From NCBI GenBank assembly GCA_046346755.1, contig JAXMHM010000027.1:51297-115296 (forward strand): 64,000 nucleotides of DNA, read 5' to 3'. Source of the DNA: Opitutaceae bacterium (GTDB taxonomy: Bacteria > Verrucomicrobiota > Verrucomicrobiia > Opitutales > Opitutaceae). Below, piece after piece: positions 15,750 through 25,925 of the stretch. The notes beneath the pieces are model-generated. The model was given only the letters and a program-made list of their open reading frames with translations, was not told where the DNA came from and searched no databases. The translations under genes were made by a program, and so were the position numbers. Every line of letters begins with the position of its first letter. Positions within the stretch are counted from its first letter, which is position 1.

Positions 15750-17264
15750 ATGAGTCTTTCCAACCCGGCGTCGTCGGACGCCGTTGCCGCCACTCCACCC
15801 AACACGGGGGGCATGTTTGGTCACCCGACAGGCCTGGGCACCCTGTTCGTCACCGAAATGTGGGAGCGCTTCAGCTACTATGGTATGCGGGCGCTGCTCA
15901 TGTTGTTCATGGTCGCCGCCGCGGCCGATGGCGGTCTGGGCTACGATACGAAAACGGCAGCCGCCGTCTATGGCACCTACACCATGAGCGTGTACCTGCT
16001 GTCGATCCTCGGTGGATTCATCGCTGACAATTTCATCGGCGCCCGCCGCGCGGTTCTGGTCGGAGGCATCATCATTGCCGCCGGCCACTACTCGATGGCG
16101 CTCAATTCCCTGACGTCCTTTTACGCCGGCCTTGTGCTCATCGCGATGGGCACGGGACTGCTCAAACCCAACATCTCGACGATGGTGGGCAGCCTCTACT
16201 CGAGCAGCGACGAGCGTCGCGACGCCGGTTTCTCCATCTTCTACATGGGCATCAACCTGGGCGCGTTCGCCTCGCCCTTGGTCACCGGGTTTCTGGCCCA
16301 GAGCGAGTTCTGGAGAGGGTGTCTGGAGTCCTGGGGGATGGCGCGCACCAGCAGCTGGCACTGGGGATTCGCCGCGGCGGGAGTGGGCATGACCTTCGGG
16401 CTGATCGTCTACGTGCTGCAGCGCGGCCGGCTGGCCCACGTCGGCAATCCTCCCCCGAACATCCCCGGCGTCGCCCGTCCCTGGGGCAGGCTCGGTTTGG
16501 TGGCACTCGGATCGCTGGCGCTGATCGCCGCCATGCGCGCCAGTGACGAGTATCCAAAGCTCGTTTACGTTCTCTTTGCCGTTCAGGTCGCCGCCGTCCT
16601 CTACTTCGCGTTCAAGCCCGATCAGGACAGCAAGCGGCTCGCCGCCATCCTGGTGTTCTTCATTGCCGCGGAGATCTTCTGGGCTCTCTTCGAGCAGACG
16701 GGCTCCACCATCGCCCTGTTTGCGGACAAAATGACGCGGAACGAAGTTTTCGGCCACTCGTTTCCGTCGGCGTGGTGGCAGTCGGTCAACTCGGTCTGGG
16801 TCATCGCGCTCGCCCCGGTATTCGCCTTCCTTTGGATCCGGCTCGGTCACCGCCAGCCCTCCAGTCCGCTTAAGTTCGTCCTCGGGCTGCTCTTCGTCGG
16901 ACTCTCCTTTGTTTGGATGGTACCGGCGGCAAAACTCACCGTGGACGGCAAGGTCGGTCCCCAGTGGCTGATCGGTCTCTTCTTCCTGCAGACGGTCGGG
17001 GAAATGCTGCTCAGCCCGGTGGGGCTCTCGACCATGACCAAACTGGCGCCGCAGAAGCTGGTCGGGCTGGTCATGGGCATCTGGTTCCTTGCCGCCGCCC
17101 TCGGCAACAAGCTGGCCGGGGTGCTCGCCAGCGGCTACTCGCCGGCCAACGCGGACGAACTTGCCAGCTTCTTCCTGCGCCAGGCCCTCTGGGTCGGCGT
17201 CGCCACCGCGGTGCTGCTGGCGCTGGTGCCCTGGGTCAAGCGCCTCATGGGCGGCGTGCGCTGA
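15750..17264 (+). CDS. POT/PTR2-family proton-dependent di-/tripeptide transporter
   Basis: GHPxGLxxLFxTEMWERFSYYGMRALL signature and FYxxINxGA motif; about 14 TM helices. Start set at the ATG at 15750. Confidence 0.9.
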   Translation: MSLSNPASSDAVAATPPNTGGMFGHPTGLGTLFVTEMWERFSYYGMRALLMLFMVAAAADGGLGYDTKTAAAVYGTYTMSVYLLSILGGFIADNFIGARRAVLVGGIIIAAGHYSMALNSLTSFYAGLVLIAMGTGLLKPNISTMVGSLYSSSDERRDAGFSIFYMGINLGAFASPLVTGFLAQSEFWRGCLESWGMARTSSWHWGFAAAGVGMTFGLIVYVLQRGRLAHVGNPPPNIPGVARPWGRLGLVALGSLALIAAMRASDEYPKLVYVLFAVQVAAVLYFAFKPDQDSKRLAAILVFFIAAEIFWALFEQTGSTIALFADKMTRNEVFGHSFPSAWWQSVNSVWVIALAPVFAFLWIRLGHRQPSSPLKFVLGLLFVGLSFVWMVPAAKLTVDGKVGPQWLIGLFFLQTVGEMLLSPVGLSTMTKLAPQKLVGLVMGIWFLAAALGNKLAGVLASGYSPANADELASFFLRQALWVGVATAVLLALVPWVKRLMGGVR

Positions 17265-17293
17265 ACCGGCCCGTCGACCCTCCCTTCACTCCC

Positions 17294-17911
17294 ATGCCGA
17301 CGCGCGCCTGGTTTTCGACCTACCTCTACTGCGAGCCGCTTCAGGCGCGCGGACTCGACCGGCTCAACCTCGAGCTGGCCGATGAGTGCGCCCGGCTGCG
17401 CGACTTCGACGACGCCGGCCGCCGGTGGTCCGCCAAGAACTACCCGGGTGGATACACGAGCTACGCCTCGATGAACGCGCTGCACGGCTTCTCCAGCACG
17501 TTCGCGACGCTGGAACGCAAGCTGACGCGGCACGTCAAGACCTTCGCGCGGTCGCTCGACATGGACCTTCGCGGCCGCACAGTCACCATGACCGACTGCT
17601 GGGTGAACATCATGCCCCCGACGGCGGCGCACTCGATGCACCTGCACCCGCTCTCGTTCATCAGCGGCACCTACTATGTGGTCACACCACCCGGATGCCC
17701 GGGCCTCAAGTTCGAAGACCCGCGGCTCTCCAGCCTGATGGCCGCGCCTCCGAAACGGGCCGACGCCCGCGACGCCAACCGCACGCACGTCACCTACCCC
17801 GCCGTGGCCGGCAACGTGATCCTGTTTGAAAGCTGGCTGCGCCACGAGGTCGCTCAGAACCGGGTCGAAGGCGAGCGCATCAGCATCAGTTTCAACTACG
17901 CCTGGTCCTGA
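17294..17911 (+). CDS. 2OG-Fe(II) oxygenase-like protein (TIGR02466-type)
   Basis: The C-terminal half of ORF 16913..17911 starts at the ATG at 17294. It has a HxH...H-type jelly-roll pattern (AHSMHLHP ... ESWLRHEV ... ISISFNY). Confidence 0.7.
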   Translation: MPTRAWFSTYLYCEPLQARGLDRLNLELADECARLRDFDDAGRRWSAKNYPGGYTSYASMNALHGFSSTFATLERKLTRHVKTFARSLDMDLRGRTVTMTDCWVNIMPPTAAHSMHLHPLSFISGTYYVVTPPGCPGLKFEDPRLSSLMAAPPKRADARDANRTHVTYPAVAGNVILFESWLRHEVAQNRVEGERISISFNYAWS

Positions 17912-17926
17912 GCCGCCCCGCCGACG

Positions 17927-18838
17927 TCAGCTGACCATCAGGATCACCGGCAACGCCACCGCCGACAGCAAGGTGCTGGCCACGATCGCACTCGCCGCCA
18001 CCGATTCGTCCCCCCCGAGCTGTCGGACCATGGTGTACGACACCGCCGCCGTGGGGCACGCCATGAGGAGAAGCACCACGCGCGTTTCCCCTGCATCGAG
18101 CTGCAGCAGACGCGCCACGCCGAATCCCACCAGGGGGGAAACCAGGGTCTTGAAAAGCGCCGCCAGGAACACCGCCCGCCGGTTGCCCCGGATCGGAGTG
18201 GACACCAGCGCCGAGCCAATGCAGAGCAGCGCGAGGGGAACGGCCATGCGGGACAGCAACGACAGGGTGAGATCAAGCGGTTCCCACACCGGCCAATTGC
18301 AGTAGTAGAAAATGCCCCCGCCAATGCTGGCCAGGATGATGGGATTGCGAAGCAACTCCCGCGCAATGAGCACGCCCATGCGATGAGCCTCGGTTTTCCG
18401 GCTGGCGAGGAGCATCGCCACAGCCGCTCCGTTGTAGAGCAGGAGCATCGGGGCCATGGCCAGCACGGCCGCGGTTCGGGGAATGCCGGGCAGCGTCAGC
18501 ACAATCGGAAGTCCGACAAACGTCAGGTTGCCGCGGAAAGCCGCCTGCACCCAGGTGCCCACGCCCTCGTTCTTGACTCCAATCAGTCGCGCGGCGAGCC
18601 AGGCCAGAGCCAGACTGATCAGCGTCGCCACCACCAAACCTCCCAGCAAACGCCCCGTTTCCGCTTCTCCGTGTTCGGCATGGGTGAGACTGACCCAGAC
18701 CAGGATCGGCAGGCCCACCCAGTAGGTCAGCTTGTTCACACCGGCCATGAAACCGGGGGCAAAAAAGCCGCCGCGCTCCAGCGCCACGCCCAGGGCGAGG
18801 ATGAGAAAGAAGGGGGCAAGGAGCGTGAAGAGCTGCAC
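17927..18838 (-). CDS. AEC (auxin efflux carrier) family transporter
   Basis: Polytopic membrane protein with an AEC-like two-half architecture. Start inferred at the GTG at 18838 (..QLFTLLAPFFLILALG..) to avoid overlap with the upstream GT2 gene; the ORF-track start is 18952. Confidence 0.75.
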   Translation of the reverse strand: MQLFTLLAPFFLILALGVALERGGFFAPGFMAGVNKLTYWVGLPILVWVSLTHAEHGEAETGRLLGGLVVATLISLALAWLAARLIGVKNEGVGTWVQAAFRGNLTFVGLPIVLTLPGIPRTAAVLAMAPMLLLYNGAAVAMLLASRKTEAHRMGVLIARELLRNPIILASIGGGIFYYCNWPVWEPLDLTLSLLSRMAVPLALLCIGSALVSTPIRGNRRAVFLAALFKTLVSPLVGFGVARLLQLDAGETRVVLLLMACPTAAVSYTMVRQLGGDESVAASAIVASTLLSAVALPVILMVS

Positions 18839-18879
18839 GAAGGTGGGTCGGGATGGGCTCGGACGAAATCTGTGTCGGG

Positions 18880-19740
18880 TCAGGCGCGCCAGTCTCCGGG
18901 ACGATAAAACAGGGGGCCGCCCCACTTTCTCCGCCAGAGGAGATAAGGCCACCAGGCGAGCCGGTACATCCGCTGGTCGCGGCGGCCGGGCAGGAGCGCG
19001 CCGAGCGGGTGTCCCGACTCATCGCGCCAATAACGGAGCGTCTGCTCCCACCAATTTCTCCCGCAATAGCCCAGGTGCCTCAACTGCATCCGGCGAATCT
19101 CGGCGAAGATGTCGCGCCGCAGGCGCGAGGACTTGGTGGCGGGATGTTCCCGCGATTCCGCCAGGAACACCGGCAGGTGCCGGAAACGCGCGCCCCGGCT
19201 CGCGAGGCGGAGCCAGAATTCGTAGTCGAAGGTGGCGTCAAAGGAAGGATCGAACCAGCCGTGACGCTCGTGCATGCGCCGCCGCCAGAACGTCGCCGGC
19301 TGGCAGAGAAAGCAGTGCTGCACGAGGTGGCGAAACTCGTACGGGAGCGTCGGATACTCCCGGGTCCGCTGTCCGGCGGAATCGACAAACCAGGCCCGTC
19401 CATAGAGCACGTCGAGTTCGGGATCCGCCTCGAACTCCCGCGCCACCGCCTCGAGGGCGCCGGGCAGCAGCACGTCGTCGCTGTTCAGGTAGCCGCAGAT
19501 CTCGCCCTTCAGGGATTGCAGTCCGGAATTGATGGCTGCGACCTGGCCGCCGTCGGGCCCGCTCCGCCATCGCAGCGGCCGTGGCCAGGTTCTCAGCACC
19601 TCGACCGATCCGTCGCGCGAACCGCCGTCCCAGACCCCATGGTTCACCTCCACGCCGGACTGGCTCTGCACGCTTTCCAGACAGGCGGGAAGGTAAGGAG
19701 CCTGGTTGAACGAGGGAGTGACGAGGGCGAAGCCGGTCAT
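18880..19740 (-). CDS. family 2 glycosyltransferase
   Basis: N-terminus VTPSFNQAPYLPACLESVQSQ ... DGGSRDGS ... DD motif typical of GT2. Start at the ATG at 19740. Confidence 0.85.
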   Translation of the reverse strand: MTGFALVTPSFNQAPYLPACLESVQSQSGVEVNHGVWDGGSRDGSVEVLRTWPRPLRWRSGPDGGQVAAINSGLQSLKGEICGYLNSDDVLLPGALEAVAREFEADPELDVLYGRAWFVDSAGQRTREYPTLPYEFRHLVQHCFLCQPATFWRRRMHERHGWFDPSFDATFDYEFWLRLASRGARFRHLPVFLAESREHPATKSSRLRRDIFAEIRRMQLRHLGYCGRNWWEQTLRYWRDESGHPLGALLPGRRDQRMYRLAWWPYLLWRRKWGGPLFYRPGDWRA

Positions 19741-19792
19741 GCGTCGAGGAGATCCAGCATGGCGGTGAAAGGCAGGGCGGCGAGATCCGGCC

Positions 19793-19823
19793 AAAAAAAA
19801 CTCCGCCCCGGCGAGGGGCGGAG
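19793..19823 (-). terminator. rho-independent terminator downstream of the methyltransferase gene
   Basis: Minus strand: CTCCGCCCC-tcgcc-GGGGCGGAG followed by T8. Confidence 0.85.
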
Positions 19824-19862
19824 TTGAAAGGACCGGATGCCACCGGCACCCGGAACACCGCC

Positions 19863-21449
19863 TTAGGCGGGCTGCAGGAAGGACAGACGGATGAGTTGCT
19901 CCACCACGCCACCGATGCGGGGGGCGAGAACTGCCTTCAGGCGGTTGTCGTCGGCAATCGGCTGACCGTTTTCCTGGACGCTGAAGAGACCGGCGCGGAC
20001 CTTTTCGGCCATGGCTTCGATGATCTTGGCCGGATCGCGCGTGCCATCGAGCAGAGACAGCACATGCCGCGAGAACGAGTCGACCTTGACCGAGACATGG
20101 CGCAGGTTCGTGACGTGGCGGCCGTCGTTCAGCGCTTGGTAGCGCATGTAAGCCGGAGCCTTGAGCAGGGGTTCATTTCCCACCGCCAGAGTCGGATGCG
20201 GGACCGCCAGCACATCGATCAGGCCCTTGCTGTAAAGGAGGAGCAGCTGTTGGGAGACAATCGCCTCTTCACGCTGGTCGATGATCGCCTCACGGATGGC
20301 CGAAGCGCCGCCAGAAAGCTTCGCGCGGACTTCCGACATCAGCTTACCAAACGAGATGTGGTTCGGCATCGACTTCTGGAGCGACACCAGCATGACCTTC
20401 ACCAGAGCGCTGTCGGAGGAGAACGTGACGCCATTGGCCATGCGGAACTCTTCCTTTTCGCCAGGGGCGAGGCTCGGCTCGGGTTTGACCGCGCTGGCAA
20501 CCGCGCCGAAGTAGAAGTCGCGCATCAGGGCGGCATCGATGTTCCGCTTGATCTTGGCGTCCTTCTTCACAAGCAGCGTCATGCGGAACATGCGATTCCG
20601 GAGGAAATCCATGTACTGCTCCATCTGCACGATGTTGTTGCCGACCTTGGCCAGGGTTTCCTGGACCTGCGGAGGGAAATTGCCGGCGAGCATGGCGCTC
20701 AGTTCCGGTTCACCGAGGTACTGGAGGTTGTGACGGGCCGCGGCGGTGGCGAATTCGTAGAAATAGAACGCCTTGTTCTCCTCTTCGAGGAAGTCGTGAC
20801 GGAGGTATCCGTCCTGCCAGCCCTGCATCGCCGTCAGTTCGTTCTTCAGGAACTGGCCGTAGGGATTGTTCTCGGTCGGCACGGAATCGACGAGGAACTT
20901 GACCAACGCACGGGACTGCCCGATCCGCTGCTGGATGTCGGGGAACTGCGCCGTGTGGAAGAGCATCATGTCGCGGATCATGCCGCGCATGTGCCAGCCC
21001 GGAAGGGCGTTGTAGCTGATGTAGGCGACGCCGTTGTCCGTGAGGAGGGTGTCGCAGATATTGAGGATCCGCTCGCGGACATCCTCCGGAACCCAGCTGA
21101 AAATGCCGTGAACGATGATGTAGTCGAACTTCTGGCCCTGGGAATCGAAATTGCGGATGTCCTGGTGGGTCAGCGTGACGTTGGTCAGCCCTGCGCCCGC
21201 AATGGCCTTCTGGCCGCGTTCGACCTGCTTGGCCGACAGATCAATGCCGACGAACGTGCTGCCCGGGTAGTTCTGGGCAAAGGGGATCAAATTCGCGCCG
21301 TCCGCACAGCCGAGTTCCAGGATCCGGCACTTCTCCGGCTCCGTTGGGGTGAGCCCGAAAAGCCTTCCCATCGTCGCCAGCTTTACCGGATGGGTTTGCG
21401 GGAAGGAAGAACTTGGGTACGGAACTTCGTCGTATGTGTTAATGGACAT
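19863..21449 (-). CDS. class I SAM-dependent methyltransferase with C-terminal methyltransferase-regulatory-type domain
   Basis: ILELGCADGANL (SAM motif I) near the N-terminus; the long C-terminal domain resembles the predicted methyltransferase regulatory domain family. Confidence 0.8.
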   Translation of the reverse strand: MSINTYDEVPYPSSSFPQTHPVKLATMGRLFGLTPTEPEKCRILELGCADGANLIPFAQNYPGSTFVGIDLSAKQVERGQKAIAGAGLTNVTLTHQDIRNFDSQGQKFDYIIVHGIFSWVPEDVRERILNICDTLLTDNGVAYISYNALPGWHMRGMIRDMMLFHTAQFPDIQQRIGQSRALVKFLVDSVPTENNPYGQFLKNELTAMQGWQDGYLRHDFLEEENKAFYFYEFATAAARHNLQYLGEPELSAMLAGNFPPQVQETLAKVGNNIVQMEQYMDFLRNRMFRMTLLVKKDAKIKRNIDAALMRDFYFGAVASAVKPEPSLAPGEKEEFRMANGVTFSSDSALVKVMLVSLQKSMPNHISFGKLMSEVRAKLSGGASAIREAIIDQREEAIVSQQLLLLYSKGLIDVLAVPHPTLAVGNEPLLKAPAYMRYQALNDGRHVTNLRHVSVKVDSFSRHVLSLLDGTRDPAKIIEAMAEKVRAGLFSVQENGQPIADDNRLKAVLAPRIGGVVEQLIRLSFLQPA

Positions 21450-21668
21450 TCCTAATGACCTACCCAGAAGCGCCGCCCAAATACCAGAAAAAACTCTCGC
21501 ACCCTACATTTTGGGGAAGCCGCCGGATCCCGCGCTGGTGCCGGTCTCGGGACACCGCAAGGGAATTATCGCCATTCCGCGAATTTATCGAAGGTGACGC
21601 GAGGGAACACCGAGGCACCCACCGGGGTCGTGTCGCACCGGGCGGCGGTGCCCGGCGGCAGTTCCCCG

Positions 21669-22172
21669 TCAGGGCAGCTCCGCCGCCAGAACCTTTTCGG
21701 TCTGTTGGGTGCGGAAACGGTGGAGTCGCTCCGCCACCGACGCATCCGTGCCGGCCAAAATCGCCGCGGCAAAAAGCGCCGCATTGATCGCACCCGGTTT
21801 GCCAATGGCGAAGGTGGCCACCGGAACGCCTCCCGGCATCTGGACAATGGAGTAGAGAGAGTCGACGCCTTTGAGGATGGCGCTTTCGACCGGCACACCC
21901 AGCACGGGCACCGGCGTCAAGGCTGCGGTCATTCCGGGAAGGTGAGCTGCCCCACCCGCCCCTGCAATGATCACCCGCAGGCCGCGGGACTCCGCCGTGC
22001 GAGCATACTCATACATCCGATCCGGCGTGCGATGGGCGCTGACCACCTTCTTTTCGTAGGCGATCCCCAGCTGGTCGAGCGTCGTGGCGGCATGCTCCAG
22101 GGTCGCCCAGTCCGACGTGCTGCCCATGATGATTCCAACGCTGGGATTTCCCGAGTCCATGTCGCGAACCAT
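21669..22172 (-). CDS. purE: 5-(carboxyamino)imidazole ribonucleotide mutase
   Basis: [20 protein letters not shown] and [10 protein letters not shown] motifs. Start ambiguous (22172 or 22160; ORF-track 22226). Confidence 0.9.
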   Translation of the reverse strand: MVRDMDSGNPSVGIIMGSTSDWATLEHAATTLDQLGIAYEKKVVSAHRTPDRMYEYARTAESRGLRVIIAGAGGAAHLPGMTAALTPVPVLGVPVESAILKGVDSLYSIVQMPGGVPVATFAIGKPGAINAALFAAAILAGTDASVAERLHRFRTQQTEKVLAAELP

Positions 22173-22238
22173 GAGGCTCGGCGGGCGGTTGCCAACGCTG
22201 AAGTCAGCGCGGCCTCCGCCCGACACTCCGGCTTCCGC

Positions 22239-24041
22239 TCACACCAGCGGCGTGCCCTGCGGCAGTTGGACCACTGCGGTGCCGGCAATCTTGTCATGCC
22301 ACGACTGCCGCTCGCGATCGAACGCGATCCACAGGAACCCGAGTCCGGCCGCAAACAAGGAGAGGAAACTGGCCAGAGCCCGGACGATGGAGGTCGTCCA
22401 ATCCACGGGACGCTCGTCCAGCCGCACCACCTTGAGTCCACAGACAATTCCGCCAATGGTGGTTCCCCGCAGTTTCCACATGACCGCGCCGTAGGTCGCC
22501 AACAGCAGGAGAAACAGTGAACCGGCCGAAATGAGGCTCGCGGCGGCGCCGACCACCACGACATCGATCGCCAAGGCGCCCACCCGAATCCAGAAACCGG
22601 CCCGCGGAAGCACGGCCGCGGGCAGCGGCGCGTAGCCCGAATCCGCGAGCGGCGGGGACGTTGGCGCTTCCGGCGACACCGGGATCGAGGAGGAAGGCAC
22701 CGCATCGACCACGCTCGTTTCCGACGCCGCTCCGGCAGCTCCCGCCACCACACCGAAACCACTCGACGTCGAGGCCATCGGAGCACTGAAGGAAGACGCG
22801 GCGGGACGGGGAGCAGCGTAGGCGGCCGGACCGGGCCGGACCACAGGCCCCGGGGTCGCCGCCGGACGGGGACGCCGGGAACTGAGAATCAGTGTGTAGA
22901 CGGCGAGACCGAGCGAGAGCACGCCACCGATCTTCCACAGCACCAGTCCCACCACGGGAATCAGGTAAAGCGCAGTCAGCACCAGCCCGCCGATCGCCAC
23001 CGCAAGCACAACCTGGGCCCGGGATCCTTCCATCGCTCCAAAGAGCAGGCGTCGTCCCAGCCAGGCCAGCAACGCCGCCTTGCCAATGAACGTGGCGAAC
23101 GTGAGCGCAGCACCCGCCAGCAACGGACCCACCACGGTGACAGCCAGAAGCACCATGAAAATCGGCGTCAGCACCATGCAGATGATCGAGGCGAGGAGCG
23201 TGCGGCCGGGACGGGTCTCGAGGGTCTCGGCGCACTTTTCCACCGCGCGGGGAAACAGGGCGGCGAGCAGAAGGTAGAGTCCCAGGAACACCGCCGCCAC
23301 GCCCCAGGCCCAGCCCAGGTTGTCGGCGATGGCCAGCGGGCGGCCCCAGAACAGGGCGTTCCGAATCCAGGCCCGGAACCCGGTGAAATCCGGCAGGTGC
23401 GAAAGGAAACCAATTTCCTGCGACTCGCCCGTCACCTTTGCGCCCGGAGCGCGCTGGATCGGGCCGCCGACGGACACCACATCGTGGACCACCGCATTGG
23501 GTCCGAGCACGACGCCACCCAGCACCGCCACGACGGTGTCGGCCTGGCCATTGACGGTTGTATTTCCAAGGATGGATACCGCCGCATCACCCACCCGGCC
23601 CTCGACCCGCGTGTCGCCGAGGATCGAAACCACCGCGTCCGCCACATCGCCATAGGTGGTGCTGGAGCCGCCGATCGCCACCACCGCATCGCGGTGGCTG
23701 GTCGCCTCGAGAGTCGCATCACGATTGAACACGACCATGGCATCGCCGGACCGTTCAATCGGGGGCCGGCGGGGTTTCGAGGCCTTGGCCGGCGCCGCCG
23801 CCGGGGCGGTCGGGGACGTCGGTGCCGGTGTTGCCGCCTCGGGAGCCGCCTCCACCGCCGCCGCGGTCAGGTCGCGCAGCGGCGGTGGGTCACCGGGAGA
23901 CGCCTCCGGCGGAGGCGTGATCGGTTCCGCCGGCTGTGCCGGAGCGGGTTGGGACGGAGGGGCTTCCTGGGCCCAGAGTGCGAGGGTGAAGGTGAGCGCG
24001 AGTGCGATCACCAGAGAGGCAATAAGTCGACGGGTCGTCAT
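22239..24041 (-). CDS. membrane protein: signal peptide, Pro-rich linker, bactofilin-like beta-helix repeats, polytopic region, C-terminal RDD domain
   Basis: Repeats of the type DAVVAIGG..V.GDV.DAVVSILG. C-terminal RDD-family pattern (R...D...WHDKIAGT). Last gene of the ECF sigma operon. Confidence 0.7.
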   Translation of the reverse strand: MTTRRLIASLVIALALTFTLALWAQEAPPSQPAPAQPAEPITPPPEASPGDPPPLRDLTAAAVEAAPEAATPAPTSPTAPAAAPAKASKPRRPPIERSGDAMVVFNRDATLEATSHRDAVVAIGGSSTTYGDVADAVVSILGDTRVEGRVGDAAVSILGNTTVNGQADTVVAVLGGVVLGPNAVVHDVVSVGGPIQRAPGAKVTGESQEIGFLSHLPDFTGFRAWIRNALFWGRPLAIADNLGWAWGVAAVFLGLYLLLAALFPRAVEKCAETLETRPGRTLLASIICMVLTPIFMVLLAVTVVGPLLAGAALTFATFIGKAALLAWLGRRLLFGAMEGSRAQVVLAVAIGGLVLTALYLIPVVGLVLWKIGGVLSLGLAVYTLILSSRRPRPAATPGPVVRPGPAAYAAPRPAASSFSAPMASTSSGFGVVAGAAGAASETSVVDAVPSSSIPVSPEAPTSPPLADSGYAPLPAAVLPRAGFWIRVGALAIDVVVVGAAASLISAGSLFLLLLATYGAVMWKLRGTTIGGIVCGLKVVRLDERPVDWTTSIVRALASFLSLFAAGLGFLWIAFDRERQSWHDKIAGTAVVQLPQGTPLV

Positions 24042-24081
24042 GGCAGTTTAAAGGAGAAAGGGGGAACCGTTTCGGGTGAGC

Positions 24082-24546
24082 TCACGCGTTGGGACGCAGC
24101 ACGCGGTAAACCGCGGCTCCGGCGCCGATCAGCGTGAGGTAGGCCAGGCCCACTGCTCCCAAAGCGACATAGATCCAGGTCATGGCAGTGGGAGGAAGGG
24201 CTCGGATCACGAGGTCGGACAGGCTGCGACAGGTGGCGTTGAGGTTGTGCCACCACACCAGCGGTGCGGTGAAGAGTTCGCTGGCCGTGGTGACGGGCGT
24301 TGTGCTCAACCCGCGGATCAGGAGCCACACCGTTGCAGCCGCCATCGTGGCCGTCAGTCCGAGGAACAGCACCCGCACCCAGGCCGGCCAATGCGAGAAG
24401 GATTTGCGCCACCAGGGCAGCATCTCGCGTGCGGCGATGGCCGCGAGGACCCGCGCCTCAAGCGAGGACGGAGCGCGCCGCGCGGGAAGGTCATGCACCA
24501 GCCGGGAAATCCGCTGTTCGAGCTCGTTGTGATCAATCGGTTTCAT
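24082..24546 (-). CDS. putative anti-sigma factor (single/dual-pass membrane protein)
   Basis: Lies 5 nt downstream of the ECF sigma gene. It has a short cytoplasmic N-terminus and then TM helices; function is assigned by position. Confidence 0.55.
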   Translation of the reverse strand: MKPIDHNELEQRISRLVHDLPARRAPSSLEARVLAAIAAREMLPWWRKSFSHWPAWVRVLFLGLTATMAAATVWLLIRGLSTTPVTTASELFTAPLVWWHNLNATCRSLSDLVIRALPPTAMTWIYVALGAVGLAYLTLIGAGAAVYRVLRPNA

Positions 24547-24551
24547 GGGGC

Positions 24552-25151
24552 TTAGTCGTTGATGGCTTCGTGGGCAGTGCCGCTGTGCGCCAGGATCTGG
24601 GCAAGTGCGGCGCGTCCCCGCAGGATATCGGTCTTCACCTTGGCCAGCGACACCCGCAAGCGTCGGGCAATTTCGTCGTACGGAAGATCCTCAAAATGAT
24701 AGAGCACCAAAGGAACTCGTTGATGTTCGGGGAGTTTCTCCAAAGCGCGGTCGACCCACTCCCGCCGTTCACCTTGCGATATCCCGGCAATAAAGTCGGA
24801 GTCGGGCGCGGCAAACTCCACCGGCTCATCCGACTCGGAGCCGTCGTCGCTCGGGCGGACAAACTCCGAGAAAAACCGCCAGCGCTTGCGATAGCGCTGC
24901 AAGTGGTTGAGCGACATGTTGGTAGCCACCGTCTTGAGCCAACCGCCAGCGGTGGGACTCGAGTGGAGGTCATCAAATCGCTCGTAGGCCTTCATGAACA
25001 CTTCCTGCGAAATATCCTCCGCCTGCGCCTCGTTGCCGAGGAGTCGCACAGCCGTCGAATACACCATGTCCTGGTAAGCGCGCATGAAGGTGGTGAAGTC
25101 GGGCGGCTTCAGCTCCGCAGGGTGTGGTTGCACTGGAAGTTCATCGTTCAT
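24552..25151 (-). CDS. ECF-type RNA polymerase sigma-70 factor
   Basis: Region 2 (DISQEVFMKAYERF) and region 4 (YDEIARRLRVSLAKVKTDILRGR) patterns. Confidence 0.9.
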   Translation of the reverse strand: MNDELPVQPHPAELKPPDFTTFMRAYQDMVYSTAVRLLGNEAQAEDISQEVFMKAYERFDDLHSSPTAGGWLKTVATNMSLNHLQRYRKRWRFFSEFVRPSDDGSESDEPVEFAAPDSDFIAGISQGERREWVDRALEKLPEHQRVPLVLYHFEDLPYDEIARRLRVSLAKVKTDILRGRAALAQILAHSGTAHEAIND

Positions 25152-25541
25152 GCGCAGAACACACAGCTCAGTGCGATAGTTTCAAAAAAGGTGTGGCAGA
25201 GTGCATTTAGGCTGGCGAGCCCCACTTTTGCCGTTCTGACAAGCACTTCCGGGGACATGGTCCCGTTGGAGGTGGCCTCGTTGAGGCCGCGACGGGGCCG
25301 ACAGGTCCCGCCTGTCATGTCCCGCCTCGGTTCTCCGATTTCTTCGCGCAACGCCCATCTCCGCAGGGTCGGCGACCCCGCCTACAGCCGGATTCGCAAC
25401 GCCGGGCTGCGCAGGGGCACGGCCCCTTTATCGCAATCGCGACAGTTCCCATTGCCAAACCGGCCTTTGGACCTACGTTCACCGGTTGCGCCCTGGCGCC
25501 GACCTCACCTTCCCACCGTGTTCCAACCTGTGTCCCTGCCC

Positions 25542-25925
25542 ATGCATCGCCTCTGTCTCTTTGCCACCCTGCTGCTTTTTTCCGTGTCCGGTTGTCGTAC
25601 GGTGAACTTGGACGAACGGGGTGACCTTCAGGCCGTTTACCGCCTCGGGGAGTTTCAAATGCTGATCAACCACACTGCTCCGGCCGCCGCCAAGGTGACG
25701 CCAGCGGTGCTGCAGCAGTTTGACCTTTATCAGACCAAGGCCACCACCGGAACCTACGAGGCCTACTTCGAGGCTCGGGCCCGGAACGATCAGCGGGTGC
25801 GCGTTTGGATTGTGGAGCAGAATCGCAACCAGACCCTGGTTCGCATTCGTTGGGGTGAGGGCGGTGACCTCGGACAATCCCGCCGGCTGTTCGAGGCGAT
25901 TGATCGCGCGCTGCCTCCCCGCTAG
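25542..25925 (+). CDS. small lipoprotein (DUF3568-like)
   Basis: Start at the ATG at 25542 within shadow ORF 24300..25925. Lipobox LFSVSGC; 127 aa. Confidence 0.65.
   Translation: MHRLCLFATLLLFSVSGCRTVNLDERGDLQAVYRLGEFQMLINHTAPAAAKVTPAVLQQFDLYQTKATTGTYEAYFEARARNDQRVRVWIVEQNRNQTLVRIRWGEGGDLGQSRRLFEAIDRALPPR

Noticed and set aside
25152-25260. Possible autoregulated ECF promoter (GAAAC...17 nt...TGT) upstream of the sigma gene.
   Set aside because: The match is weak and lies only about 8 nt from the start codon. It cannot be distinguished from chance without knowing the ECF group consensus.
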